This document shows positions 1-8,077 of a DNA stretch of 64,000 bases, in pieces. Source of the stretch: Candidatus Latescibacterota bacterium (GTDB lineage: Bacteria; Latescibacterota; UBA2968). The stretch is from positions 144,202 to 208,201 of the forward strand of contig OZ242195.1 in assembly GCA_965205975.1 (NCBI GenBank), written 5' to 3'. Under the pieces are notes generated by a model that worked only from the letters and a program-made list of their open reading frames with translations, made no database searches and was not told the DNA's origin. Every line of letters begins with the position of its first letter. Position 1 is the stretch's first letter. The position numbers and the translations under genes were made by a program.

Positions 1-149
1 TACGTAATCGCCTTCTAATAGCGTATCTTCCATCGAGCCCGAGGGAATGTGATACGCTTGCACCAGCGTTCCCCGGATCAAAATGGCTAAAAATATAGCG
101 ATTCCAAATTCTCGCAGCATGCTCCGTTTGCGCTTTTTTTTGATATTTC
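1..149 (-). CDS. lepB: signal peptidase I, N-terminal ~49 codons; the gene runs off the window start
   Basis: Reverse-strand translation from the ATG at 149..147 gives MLKRNIKKKRKRSMLREFGIAIFLAILIRGTLVQAYHIPSGSMEDTLLEGDYV. This is a basic N-terminus, one TM helix, then the SPase I catalytic-Ser box IPSGSM..TL..GD. A GGAAGG RBS lies 6 nt upstream. It is absent from the ORF track because it has no stop within the window. Confidence 0.65.
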
Positions 150-297
150 TTTTTAGCATAGGCCTTCCATTGTGAATTGAGTTGTTAGTAGTCAGTAGTC
201 AGTTACCCCCTCTTCCTCTGCACGCGCAGCACAACGAGGTAACGCGGGGTCGGGTGGTTGGGACTGGCAACTGGCAACCGACAACTGATCGCTTTCT

Positions 298-1275
298 TTA
301 ACGATTTTGTGAAAAATAAGTTCGCTCGGGTTGGCCCGTTTCAGCAGATTTGTTTGCCGCGAGTGAAATATCGAGGCTACGCAAACCGTCTTCAAAGTCA
401 GACAAGATTCCCGATCCATCTCCCGAACGAATTGCAGCCATAAATACTTCATCAATATCTTCCGATTCAAACATTTCGCCGACCTCAGCCGCACCGCCTG
501 GAAATACAGTTACACCATTTCCATCGACGGTCGCTCGCATATCGCGCATGATGATATCAATGCCATTTGAGCCGCCGCCATTGCGGAGAACGCAGGTAGA
601 ACTCAGCGTGCCCACAGCACCATTTTCAAATTGGAGCGATAGAGCATATACATCGGGGATATCGAGATTTTCGACATCGTTCAATGCGCGGGTGGCATAA
701 TACGCGTGTACTTCTGCAACATCGCCCACGAGGTAACGCAATAAGTCGATCTGGTGCGTGGTCTGTTCGACAATTTGCCCGCCCGACTGCGCCATGACGC
801 GCCACCACGGCGTGCCAGGCAACCCGCCCCAGCGATAGGCCAGGGCCATGGCGACGGGCTTGTCTTTCAAAAATTCACGCCCTTGTTTTGCCCATCCCGT
901 ATATCGCTGTTGATAGCCGACAGAGGTCAGTACACCTGATTTTTGAACGGCTTGCAGAATTTCCAATCCCTTTTCCATTGACGGCACTACGGGTTTTTCC
1001 AATAACATGTGTACGCCCTGTTGCGCCGCCAAGATCTCTGCATCATAATGTGCAAATGTCGGCACGACCACATACATCGCGGTCAAATTTTCACTGTCCA
1101 GCATCACGCGATAGTCGGTGTAAGCCGTACCACCAAATTCTGAAGTTGCGCTTTGCGCCGTTTCTTCTTTTATGTCGCAAATTGCAACGATATCGACATC
1201 TTCTATATTGGCTAACGCGCGCATATGAGACCGCGCACGTCCACCAGCACCCACAAAACCCACATTAATGCCCAT
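298..1275 (-). CDS. Gfo/Idh/MocA family NAD(P)-dependent oxidoreductase
   Basis: The N-terminus MGINVGFVGAGGRARSHMRAL is the Rossmann GxGxxG motif typical of the family, followed by a C-terminal alpha/beta domain. Length is 325 aa, with a GGAGGA RBS before the ATG at 1275. Confidence 0.8.
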   Translation of the reverse strand: MGINVGFVGAGGRARSHMRALANIEDVDIVAICDIKEETAQSATSEFGGTAYTDYRVMLDSENLTAMYVVVPTFAHYDAEILAAQQGVHMLLEKPVVPSMEKGLEILQAVQKSGVLTSVGYQQRYTGWAKQGREFLKDKPVAMALAYRWGGLPGTPWWRVMAQSGGQIVEQTTHQIDLLRYLVGDVAEVHAYYATRALNDVENLDIPDVYALSLQFENGAVGTLSSTCVLRNGGGSNGIDIIMRDMRATVDGNGVTVFPGGAAEVGEMFESEDIDEVFMAAIRSGDGSGILSDFEDGLRSLDISLAANKSAETGQPERTYFSQNR

Positions 1276-1378
1276 TTATATCCTCCATTCAAAAGGTGAG
1301 AGGTAAAAGGTAAGACGTAAGAGGTCCTCCCAACCATACACCAATAGGAACACCTCACACCTTGTATTCTCTCGTTCA

Positions 1379-1408
1379 AAAATAGACTGCATGACGGAAC
1401 GTGTCAAG
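1379..1408 (-). promoter_or_regulatory. putative sigma70-type promoter for the oxidoreductase gene
   Basis: On the minus strand there is TTGACA (1408..1403), a 17-18 nt spacer and CTATTT/TATTTT, about 100 nt upstream of the ATG at 1275. Confidence 0.3.
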
Positions 1409-1447
1409 AGGTACGCCCATTATTAAGCTGTGTTGTGACAAATTGTA

Positions 1448-3193
1448 TTATTTTTTTACCACTGGACCTGTAGGCGCTTCCTTGCTGTACAATGTACTGC
1501 CTCGCTCGTAAGACGAGACGACTGAACCGTCGGCAATTTCCAATCTGGGTACGTTTTTTTCGAATACATCGCGGTCGGGTCCGCGCATGACTGCCATCTG
1601 TTCGTCGGTCATGCCCGAGACGAGATCGCCCCACCGTTTTTCTGGATGGGTCAATTCTCCTCCGCTGCGATTGAAATTGCGCGATGAGTATTTGTGCAAA
1701 ATTCCCCGCCGCGAGATGTCGCTTTTCCACGCCAATGTGCCATGTGTGGTGCCTCCGTCCATGAAGAAGAGCACATCGCCCGCTTTCATTTCGACGTGTT
1801 TGACCAATCCCATGTGGTCATCGCAGGTGCGCACGCCCGGGGGGAGTGAATAATACGCTTTGTGCGATCCCGGCACACACGCAAACCCACCGTCGGCTTC
1901 GGTCACGTCGCGCAATTGCCATGTCACAGTTACGGCTTCGCAATAGCTTCGCCCATTTTGATAGATATATCCGCGCCCTGGATTGAGTGGCTCATTGGAG
2001 TCGTGCAGGGAATGGCCCGATGTGCCTTTGACCGCACAAAATGCCGTTCCTCCGCCCGTGCGACCACCACTGGCACCCATCCAGTTTAGCCGATGTTCAA
2101 CGGCCGGATGGGCGAGCATTCTTCGAAATGGGTCACAATGGGGACCGGGCAACTGAGTCAGTCCACTTAACAGGGGTCTGCCCGTGCCCGCGAGGCTTTT
2201 TGACCCGCGTGCGAGTTCGTCGCCAACGACGATTCGATCTTCAAATTTGTCAATGGCGGCATTGGCCTGTGTCAGCCATTCACCATCCATGATCCCGCGC
2301 AGTACCAGGTACCCGTTTAAGTCCCAAAAGTAAAATTCTTTTTCGTCAATGCCCGAATTTGGATTTTTAATCAGGTAAGATGGGTGAAAAATTTCGCGGG
2401 ATTCGTCCAATGTGATTGTCTCGCCATCTGTTTTCAAAGTCGGTGGCGGCGTTGTATTGCGATATCCGGGGCGATATAGTGATGCGCGCTGTTCAGGTGT
2501 TAGTTCTGCCATTGAGTCGGATACTGGCATTTTATCTGATTCAGGGCTAGGTCCCGCAGAACGGATCACACCGCGGCCTACATATTCGTAGGATAGTAAG
2601 CGTTGCAGTCCCTCGCCTTGCCACGGACGCATGCCCTGTACTACGCTCAGGCCAACGATGAGCATATCGCCCGCTTTTAATTCGGGTTGAAAAAGATAAT
2701 CCGAGTCATCTACACCGGTCAATATATCTTCTGGTGTTTCCACATTTGACTTGTGTGTACACGGTACGAATACAAATCCGCCGTCGCCAGCTTTTACGTC
2801 CGAGAGTGCCCAGATTACGCGCACGCCTTCGCAAAATCTTCGACCGTTCTGGTAATAATATGCGAGTGCGGGATCTCGCGGCTCATTGCCACCTGCCAGG
2901 GGGGCAGAGGTGTCACAGGTTTCGTTACACAGAATTTCGGGGGCGCGGTCGAGCCTGAAACCGTGTCCCACAATTTGATTCAGATACCACACGAGTTGGG
3001 GATGGATCAACAAATCGCGGAATGGCTCGCGCAAATCATCTTCCCATCCGAGCATGCCCTCGAGCGATCCCGCCCGATCAATCGCATCGTTCAACCGCGC
3101 GACTTCGGGACGGGTCAGGACCCCCGATATATGCAAATAGCCCGTTAAATCAAAGGCGTAATTCTCTTCGTTTGTCATCGTTTCCCGGTCCAT
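1448..3193 (-). CDS. tandem-duplicated phytanoyl-CoA dioxygenase (PhyH) family protein: a degenerate N-terminal copy plus an intact C-terminal copy
   Basis: Two homologous ~280-aa halves. Copy 1 has YAFDLTGYLHISGVLTRPEVARLNDAID ... YYYQNGRRFCEGVRVIWALSDVKAGDGGFVFVPCTHKS. Copy 2 has FYFWDLNGYLVLRGIMDGEWLTQANAAIDK ... YIYQNGRSYCEAVTVTWQLRDVTEADGGFACVPGSHKA. Copy 2 keeps the HD metal-ligand pair (SLHDSNEP) and the distal His (TTHGT); copy 1 has GG and no distal His. An AAGGAGG RBS precedes the ATG at 3193. Confidence 0.7.
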   Translation of the reverse strand: MDRETMTNEENYAFDLTGYLHISGVLTRPEVARLNDAIDRAGSLEGMLGWEDDLREPFRDLLIHPQLVWYLNQIVGHGFRLDRAPEILCNETCDTSAPLAGGNEPRDPALAYYYQNGRRFCEGVRVIWALSDVKAGDGGFVFVPCTHKSNVETPEDILTGVDDSDYLFQPELKAGDMLIVGLSVVQGMRPWQGEGLQRLLSYEYVGRGVIRSAGPSPESDKMPVSDSMAELTPEQRASLYRPGYRNTTPPPTLKTDGETITLDESREIFHPSYLIKNPNSGIDEKEFYFWDLNGYLVLRGIMDGEWLTQANAAIDKFEDRIVVGDELARGSKSLAGTGRPLLSGLTQLPGPHCDPFRRMLAHPAVEHRLNWMGASGGRTGGGTAFCAVKGTSGHSLHDSNEPLNPGRGYIYQNGRSYCEAVTVTWQLRDVTEADGGFACVPGSHKAYYSLPPGVRTCDDHMGLVKHVEMKAGDVLFFMDGGTTHGTLAWKSDISRRGILHKYSSRNFNRSGGELTHPEKRWGDLVSGMTDEQMAVMRGPDRDVFEKNVPRLEIADGSVVSSYERGSTLYSKEAPTGPVVKK

Positions 3194-3305
3194 GTCAGCC
3201 TCCTTGACCTCGATTTACCTGTTTGCCTGCCGGTATGCAGGCATGAATGTGGCGGTTTATTCATGAAATGTTCAAATTGATGCAAAAAACAAGTATAAAA
3301 TGAAA

Positions 3306-3333
3306 CCCCTCTTGACCGATTGCTTGACGCATC
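3306..3333. repeat. 28-bp direct repeat, copy 1 (cccctcttgaccgattgcttgacgcatc)
   Basis: Near-identical copy at 4375..4404 (ccccttcttgaaccgattgcttgacgtatc). Each lies about 110-150 bp upstream, in gene orientation, of a minus-strand gene (starts 3193 and 4225). Internally it contains GTCAAG-N6-GTCAAG on the minus strand. Confidence 0.6.
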
Positions 3334-3409
3334 CTCAAAACTATCTATACAAAAAAACTGCCCATATAAATAGAAATGGGCAGTTTGATGATTCATTCTG
3401 AAGTACAGT

Positions 3410-4225
3410 TTAGTTTCTTTTTTCGGGAATGCTCCCTTCCTTAATCATGCGATTTTCTGGAGGGGCAGGTCGCTCCGGTGGGGTCGATGGTGGGGGATTT
3501 GCTGGCGAATTAGATGGTGGGGGATTTGCTGGCGAATTAGATGGTGGGGTACTCTCGCGGTTCATCGTTTTTTCCTCCAATGAAGAAATTTCATGAAAAT
3601 TATCTATTCGAATCCGGTGGATTTTTTCTGGTTTATTAAGATCCGCATACAGGAAAGGCACGCTACACACCAAGGCACTACATAGCGTAAAAATAAGAAA
3701 TAAATTGGCCGAATGCAACCTTTCAGATTTTGAGTCATTATTCCAGGTATTTTCATTTGTCGCTGAAATATACTTTTGGGACAAAAATTCTTGGAAATCT
3801 TGTTCCGCTAACTCCTCAGGTTCTGGATAGTCCTTTTCCCTGGGTTCTACACCATAATATTCCTCTAAAGACTTATAGTAATCAGATAAATTTCTATGAT
3901 GCTGAAGCAATTCGTCGTAGTAGGTTTTGAGCTCTCCAGGTGTCTCAATAAAAGCGTACGTGCGTCCATAAAAAGATCGTATAAGATGGTAAACGGCTTT
4001 TAAAAAGAATATCGTTGATATCCCTAAAAAAAGTAAAAAAATGAACGTGGTAGGAGTTGAGAAATCATAGGGAAATTCTTTTACAAAAAATCCTAATAGA
4101 CCCCCCAAAACAATTAAAACTCCTGTGGGTAAATTGAGGGATGTTCTGAGTTGATTTTTGCGTTCTATTTCCAACAAATACTGATCTTTGATAAAATCAA
4201 AATCCATTCCTATAGATTTCCTCAC
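3410..4225 (-). CDS. hypothetical membrane protein (3 predicted TM helices) with a C-terminal PPSNSPANP tandem repeat
   Basis: 271-aa ORF with an AGGAAA RBS and hydrophobic segments LPTGVLIVLGGLLGFFV, TFIFLLFLGISTIFFL and LFLIFTLCSALVCSVPFLY. The C-terminus is PPSNSPANPPPSNSPANPPPSTPPERPAPPENR. The gene is about 38% GC against roughly 52% in the flanks. No family could be recognised. Confidence 0.5.
   Translation of the reverse strand: MRKSIGMDFDFIKDQYLLEIERKNQLRTSLNLPTGVLIVLGGLLGFFVKEFPYDFSTPTTFIFLLFLGISTIFFLKAVYHLIRSFYGRTYAFIETPGELKTYYDELLQHHRNLSDYYKSLEEYYGVEPREKDYPEPEELAEQDFQEFLSQKYISATNENTWNNDSKSERLHSANLFLIFTLCSALVCSVPFLYADLNKPEKIHRIRIDNFHEISSLEEKTMNRESTPPSNSPANPPPSNSPANPPPSTPPERPAPPENRMIKEGSIPEKRN
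3487..3549. repeat. 27-bp tandem repeat, 2.3 units (atggtgggggatttgctggcgaattag)
   Basis: Read directly in the sequence. The units are in frame and encode the PPSNSPANP repeats of the 3410..4225 protein. Confidence 0.8.
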
Positions 4226-4374
4226 CTAAGAACATTAGTATGGTTTAGAAGCTATTTTAAAATTTCTAACAGCGCAGACACTACCTGATGCCCAGTGTGG
4301 TGACTTTTCAGTAAATAATACGAGAGAAGGCAGTTCAATGCAACCTTGGATTCTTCATGGAAAGCCCAAACTGA

Positions 4375-4404
4375 GCCCCTTCTTGAACCGATTGCTTGAC
4401 GTAT
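4375..4404. repeat. 28-30 bp direct repeat, copy 2
   Basis: See copy 1 at 3306..3333. It lies in the divergent intergenic region between the membrane-protein gene and the PLD-helicase gene. Confidence 0.6.
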
Positions 4405-4489
4405 CTGATGGGTCTTTGTACATTGCCCTAATTCTTTTTGTGAATACCATGACTGAGTAACTTCATTTGATGATTTAAGGACACTATTT

Positions 4490-5443
4490 ATGACTACCCA
4501 TTCCGACCTCACATTCATCACAAATGAAAAAGGCCAAAATCTTCTTGAGCGGTTTAAGGTGCTGATCAAAGACACAGAATTTTTTGATGTCCTCGTCGGC
4601 TATTTTTATACCAGTGGTTTCCACGCGCTTTATCGATCACTGGAGAGAACGAAAAAGATCAGAATTCTCATCGGTATCAGCACGAATAGGCAAACACTCA
4701 ATCTGATTGAGCAGGCACGCCAGCAAGAGCTTCAATTTTCCCACGCGGAGACGAAGGAGCATTTTTCCGATCTACTTATTGGAGAGATGGCAAATGTTGA
4801 AGATAACAAGAAGGTTGAACAAGGAGTGACAAAGTTTTTGGAGTGGCTGAAAATCGGAAAGTTGGAGATTAAGGCGTATCCCACGGAGAATATCCATGCC
4901 AAGCTCTACATCATGTCTTTCGGTGAGGACGACCGTGACGTTGGGCGTGTGATCACCGGGTCGAGCAACTTCACGCAGTCCGGCCTGGTAGATAATCTTG
5001 AGTTCAATGTAGAACTCAAGATGCGCTCCGATTATGACTTTGCCAGGCAGAAGTTTGAATATCTCTGGGGAAATGCTGTTGATGTGAAAGATAAATATAT
5101 TGAGACCATTCAGAAAAACACATGGCTTAATAATGCTATTACTCCCTACGAGCTTTATCTCAAGTTTCTCTATGAATATTTCAAGGATGAGCTTCGCCAA
5201 ACCGATGAAGTGATCTTCAAGTACATTCCAACGGGGTTTAAGCGACTGGAATATCAGGAACAGGCCGTCCTGAACGCAAAAAAGATTCTTGAAGAGTACG
5301 GTGGGGTTTTTATTTCAGATGTCGTGGGACTTGGAAAAACTTATGTATCCGCCATGCTGGCAGGCCAATTGTGGAGTTACCCCGCTTCGGTGGAGAGTTT
5401 AGGGCTTGTGTATCAAGCCTGTGATAGATGCAACTTTTCATAA
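4490..5443 (+). pseudogene. 5' fragment of a PLD-family nuclease / SNF2-like SF2 helicase fusion gene, truncated after helicase motif I
   Basis: The HKD phospholipase-D nuclease motif is present (HAKLYIM..x..GSSNFTQSG). The helicase Q-motif and Walker A follow (YQEQAV ... DVVGLGKTYVSAML). The ORF then ends abruptly at 5443, where the IS3 remnant begins. Proteins of this architecture are usually around 1000 aa. The fragment is about 40% GC, with an AAGGA RBS. Confidence 0.65.
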
Positions 5444-5444
5444 G

Positions 5445-5906
5445 CTATCGGCGCATAGTAGGCGATGGAAGAATGCCTGCGATGCGGATTATACCATCCT
5501 TCCAAGTGGGTACATAAGTGATGTCAGCCACAGTGAGTTTATTGACCGTTGGCACAGTAAAGTCGCGCTTTACCAGATCAGGAGCCTTATCAGACCGTTG
5601 CGCCTTACGCGTCGTTTGCGTGCTCTTGCGGCGAGAAACGCCACAAATGCCCATCTCACGCATCAGACGCGCTACGCGCTTCTTACCTACAAGGATACCC
5701 ATATCCATCAGGTCTTTAAAGATGCGAGGGGCACCATAGGTGCTATCTGATCGGGTATGAAAGGTCTTGATATGCTTCTTCAAGTCTGCATCAACCTTTG
5801 CTCGTTTAGAGGGTGGACCTGCTCGCCAGGCATAATACCCACTGAGGGAAACACCCAGGACTCGGCATTGCGTGGCGATAGGCCAAAGGGCCTGGTGCGC
5901 TTTCAC
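5445..5906 (-). pseudogene. IS3-family transposase OrfB, N-terminal fragment only
   Basis: See the mobile element entry. The catalytic rve domain is absent. Confidence 0.7.
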
Positions 5907-6217
5907 GAACGCGAAGATTTTCCAGGGATCGCGTCGGTCTCCGCTGCGAACCAGGCCGCTGCTTTTGACAATATCTCGCGCTCGATGCGCAACTGCTTAT
6001 TCTCACGTCGAAGACGACGTAACTCTTCGCGCTCATCGCTCTTCAGACCATCTTCTCGAAGGCCCTCATCTCGATCAGCCTGGCGTATCCAGTTTTGGAT
6101 CGTCTGAGCGGTTGGCTCAAACTCTTTGGCCAACTCGGATGGAGAGCGACCAGCGCGCACAAGCTCAACGATCTGGCGCTTCAACTCGGATGGATAAGGC
6201 GGACGTGTTGGTGGCAT
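5903..6217 (-). CDS. IS3-family transposase OrfA (HTH)
   Basis: See the mobile element entry. 104 aa with a GAAAGGAG RBS. Confidence 0.75.
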   Translation of the reverse strand: MPPTRPPYPSELKRQIVELVRAGRSPSELAKEFEPTAQTIQNWIRQADRDEGLREDGLKSDEREELRRLRRENKQLRIEREILSKAAAWFAAETDAIPGKSSRS

Positions 6218-6620
6218 AGTGGGTCTCCTTTCTTACTACTCATAAGGTACCCACCGAAACGGGTCAAGTCCATCAGAAAGTTACTACTTAAAGATGAGAA
6301 GTTTGCTCACATCCGCTACCTTGATCCTGAGAATCAAAAAAGCCAAAAGAAGCAACTCTATAATCCCAACATTCTGCAAGAGTTGGATAAGTATTACCGG
6401 AAGCATGAGAAGTCTGATAAGCGCTCGTGATTTCTTGCTATATTCGCTATGCGTAGTGTTATTATCTCCTGATCCGGAACTATGGGTATCTTGATAGTGC
6501 CGAAACCAAACCCATTATGAAAAACCAAAATGTAATCGGAAGATCAGCAAATCGTGGATCTGTGGACTTGATAGATATTGCTGAACAAGGTGTGGATGAA
6601 TAGTTTTGATAGGTATCACA

Positions 6621-8054
6621 ATGGCAAGGTCTCGTCCCAATATCGTACTTGTAATGTGCGACCAGATGCGCTGGGATGCGGCTGGTTTTGCGGGTAGTTC
6701 TGTTGTTCACACGCCCCATCTGGATCGTCTATCCGAGGGTGGTGTGTGCTTTGAAAATGCCTATTGCGCTTCTCCTGTTTGTTCGCCCGCTCGGGCGAGT
6801 TGGTTAACCGGGTGCTATCCCCATGCTCACTTGCAATTGCGAAATTACGGGCCACAACGAGGAAAAGACTGGGGGAGTTATCTGCCGCAGGACCGCGTTA
6901 CAATGGGGGATGTTTTGAAACGCGCGGGATATCGCTGTGGCATGGTTGGTCCGTGGCATCTGGGCGATGATCATGCCCCGCAACACGGGTTTGAGGATTT
7001 CTGGCAGACCTATCGATATCTCGGCGACGAATATACAGATCCTCTTTTCGATTATTTCGAACGCGAGGGGGTACCCAATCTCTACAGCGATAAGGAAGCC
7101 GTCACGCAATACGGAAATATTCTGGCGTTTACGACACTTACAGATCCGCGACAGCAGCGTACGACCTGGACGGTTGACCGCGCGATTGATTTTTTGCGCC
7201 AGCGAGAAGATGACCCGTTTTTTCTTTTTGTGAGTGTTAAGGATCCGCATCCCCTCATCGTTATCCCACCCGAATTGCTTGAACTCTATCCGGTAGATCA
7301 AATGCCCTTGCCTGATTCTCTGCGAGACCCACTTGAGGGTAAACCGGATTTTCAAACCCGCACAAAATTTCGCATGCCCAATACAGTGACAGATCGGCAG
7401 TTCCGCGAGATGATGGCGTACTATTACGCCCTGATCACCCATATTGATGCGGAGGTCGGGCGTCTGATTGGCGTTCTTGAAGAACAGAATATGCGCGACA
7501 ATACGCTCGTGGTTTTTATGAGCGATCACGGCGAACTGCTCGGCGATCACGGTTGCACAGAAAAGTGTCTGATGTACGAAGCCTCGGTCAGAGTTCCTTG
7601 TCTGCTTTCGTGGCCGCGTGCGCTCCCAATGGGTTTGCGCGTGACGACCCCGCTTGCCGGTGTTGATTTGATGCCGACTTTGCTCGATCTGGCAAACGAG
7701 GCGTTGCCCGAGAAAATCGATGGTCGTTCCGTTGCGGACGCGATCCTGAATGGTCGGCAGCCGAAACCTCAGCCCATTTTTGCCGAAATAGCCAGCCAGG
7801 AAGCCATTTATTGGGGGTCAACAGAAAGGGAGCAGTTTGCCGCGCATGTGATGAATTTCGATGGTCGCTGGAAGTATATTCGCAATCGTTTTGATATCGA
7901 TGAATTGTACGATTTAGAGACAGATCCGGGCGAAATGCAAAATCTCGCGCAGCTTTCCGAATATCAACCGCGCATTATAGCTATGCGCCAGCAAATCGCC
8001 GAGATGATTTGCCATACAGGCCCTGGTCCCTACGACTGGTGTTTGCAAGTGTAG
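6621..8054 (+). CDS. sulfatase (formylglycine-dependent arylsulfatase family), no signal peptide
   Basis: N-terminus MARSRPNIVLVMCDQMRWD and the sulfatase signature C-S-P-A-R in AYCASPVCSPARASWLTG. The C-terminal GDHG motif is also present (SDHGELLGDHG). Confidence 0.85.
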   Translation: MARSRPNIVLVMCDQMRWDAAGFAGSSVVHTPHLDRLSEGGVCFENAYCASPVCSPARASWLTGCYPHAHLQLRNYGPQRGKDWGSYLPQDRVTMGDVLKRAGYRCGMVGPWHLGDDHAPQHGFEDFWQTYRYLGDEYTDPLFDYFEREGVPNLYSDKEAVTQYGNILAFTTLTDPRQQRTTWTVDRAIDFLRQREDDPFFLFVSVKDPHPLIVIPPELLELYPVDQMPLPDSLRDPLEGKPDFQTRTKFRMPNTVTDRQFREMMAYYYALITHIDAEVGRLIGVLEEQNMRDNTLVVFMSDHGELLGDHGCTEKCLMYEASVRVPCLLSWPRALPMGLRVTTPLAGVDLMPTLLDLANEALPEKIDGRSVADAILNGRQPKPQPIFAEIASQEAIYWGSTEREQFAAHVMNFDGRWKYIRNRFDIDELYDLETDPGEMQNLAQLSEYQPRIIAMRQQIAEMICHTGPGPYDWCLQV

Positions 8055-8077
8055 ATAGCGCGCGAAAAGGAGGACTG

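Larger units (their letters stand above)
5445..6265 (-). mobile_element. IS3-family insertion sequence remnant: intact orfA, orfB truncated, left end present, right end deleted
   Basis: orfA (5903..6217) carries the IS3/IS911-type HTH (ELKRQIVELVRAGRSPSELAKEF ... RENKQLRIEREILSKAAAWFA). orfB (5445..5906) overlaps it by 4 nt in the -1 frame but holds only the N-terminal HTH_21 part (LGVSLSGYYAWRAGPPSKRA ... YGAPRIFKDLMDMGILVGKKRVARLMREMGI) and lacks the DDE/rve domain. A putative terminal TGACCCGTTTCGGTGGGTACC lies 47 nt upstream of orfA at 6245..6265. Confidence 0.75.

Noticed and set aside
4252-4575. 107-aa minus-strand ORF in the divergent intergenic region between the membrane-protein gene and the PLD-helicase gene
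   Set aside because: It overlaps the helicase start antisense and one copy of the 28-bp repeat. It has no RBS and no recognisable motif, so it is most likely spurious.
6095-6430. 111-aa plus-strand ORF spanning the IS end and the low-GC tail
   Set aside because: Its 5' half is antisense to IS orfA. Only the last ~55 codons (6266-6430) lie in island DNA, so it is treated as a possible C-terminal remnant of the disrupted helicase rather than a gene.
8009-8077. Upstream extension of the beta-propeller ORF (ORF-track start 8009)
   Set aside because: It would overlap the sulfatase 3' end by 46 nt. The ATG at 8078 has a strong AAAAGGAGGA RBS and is preferred.
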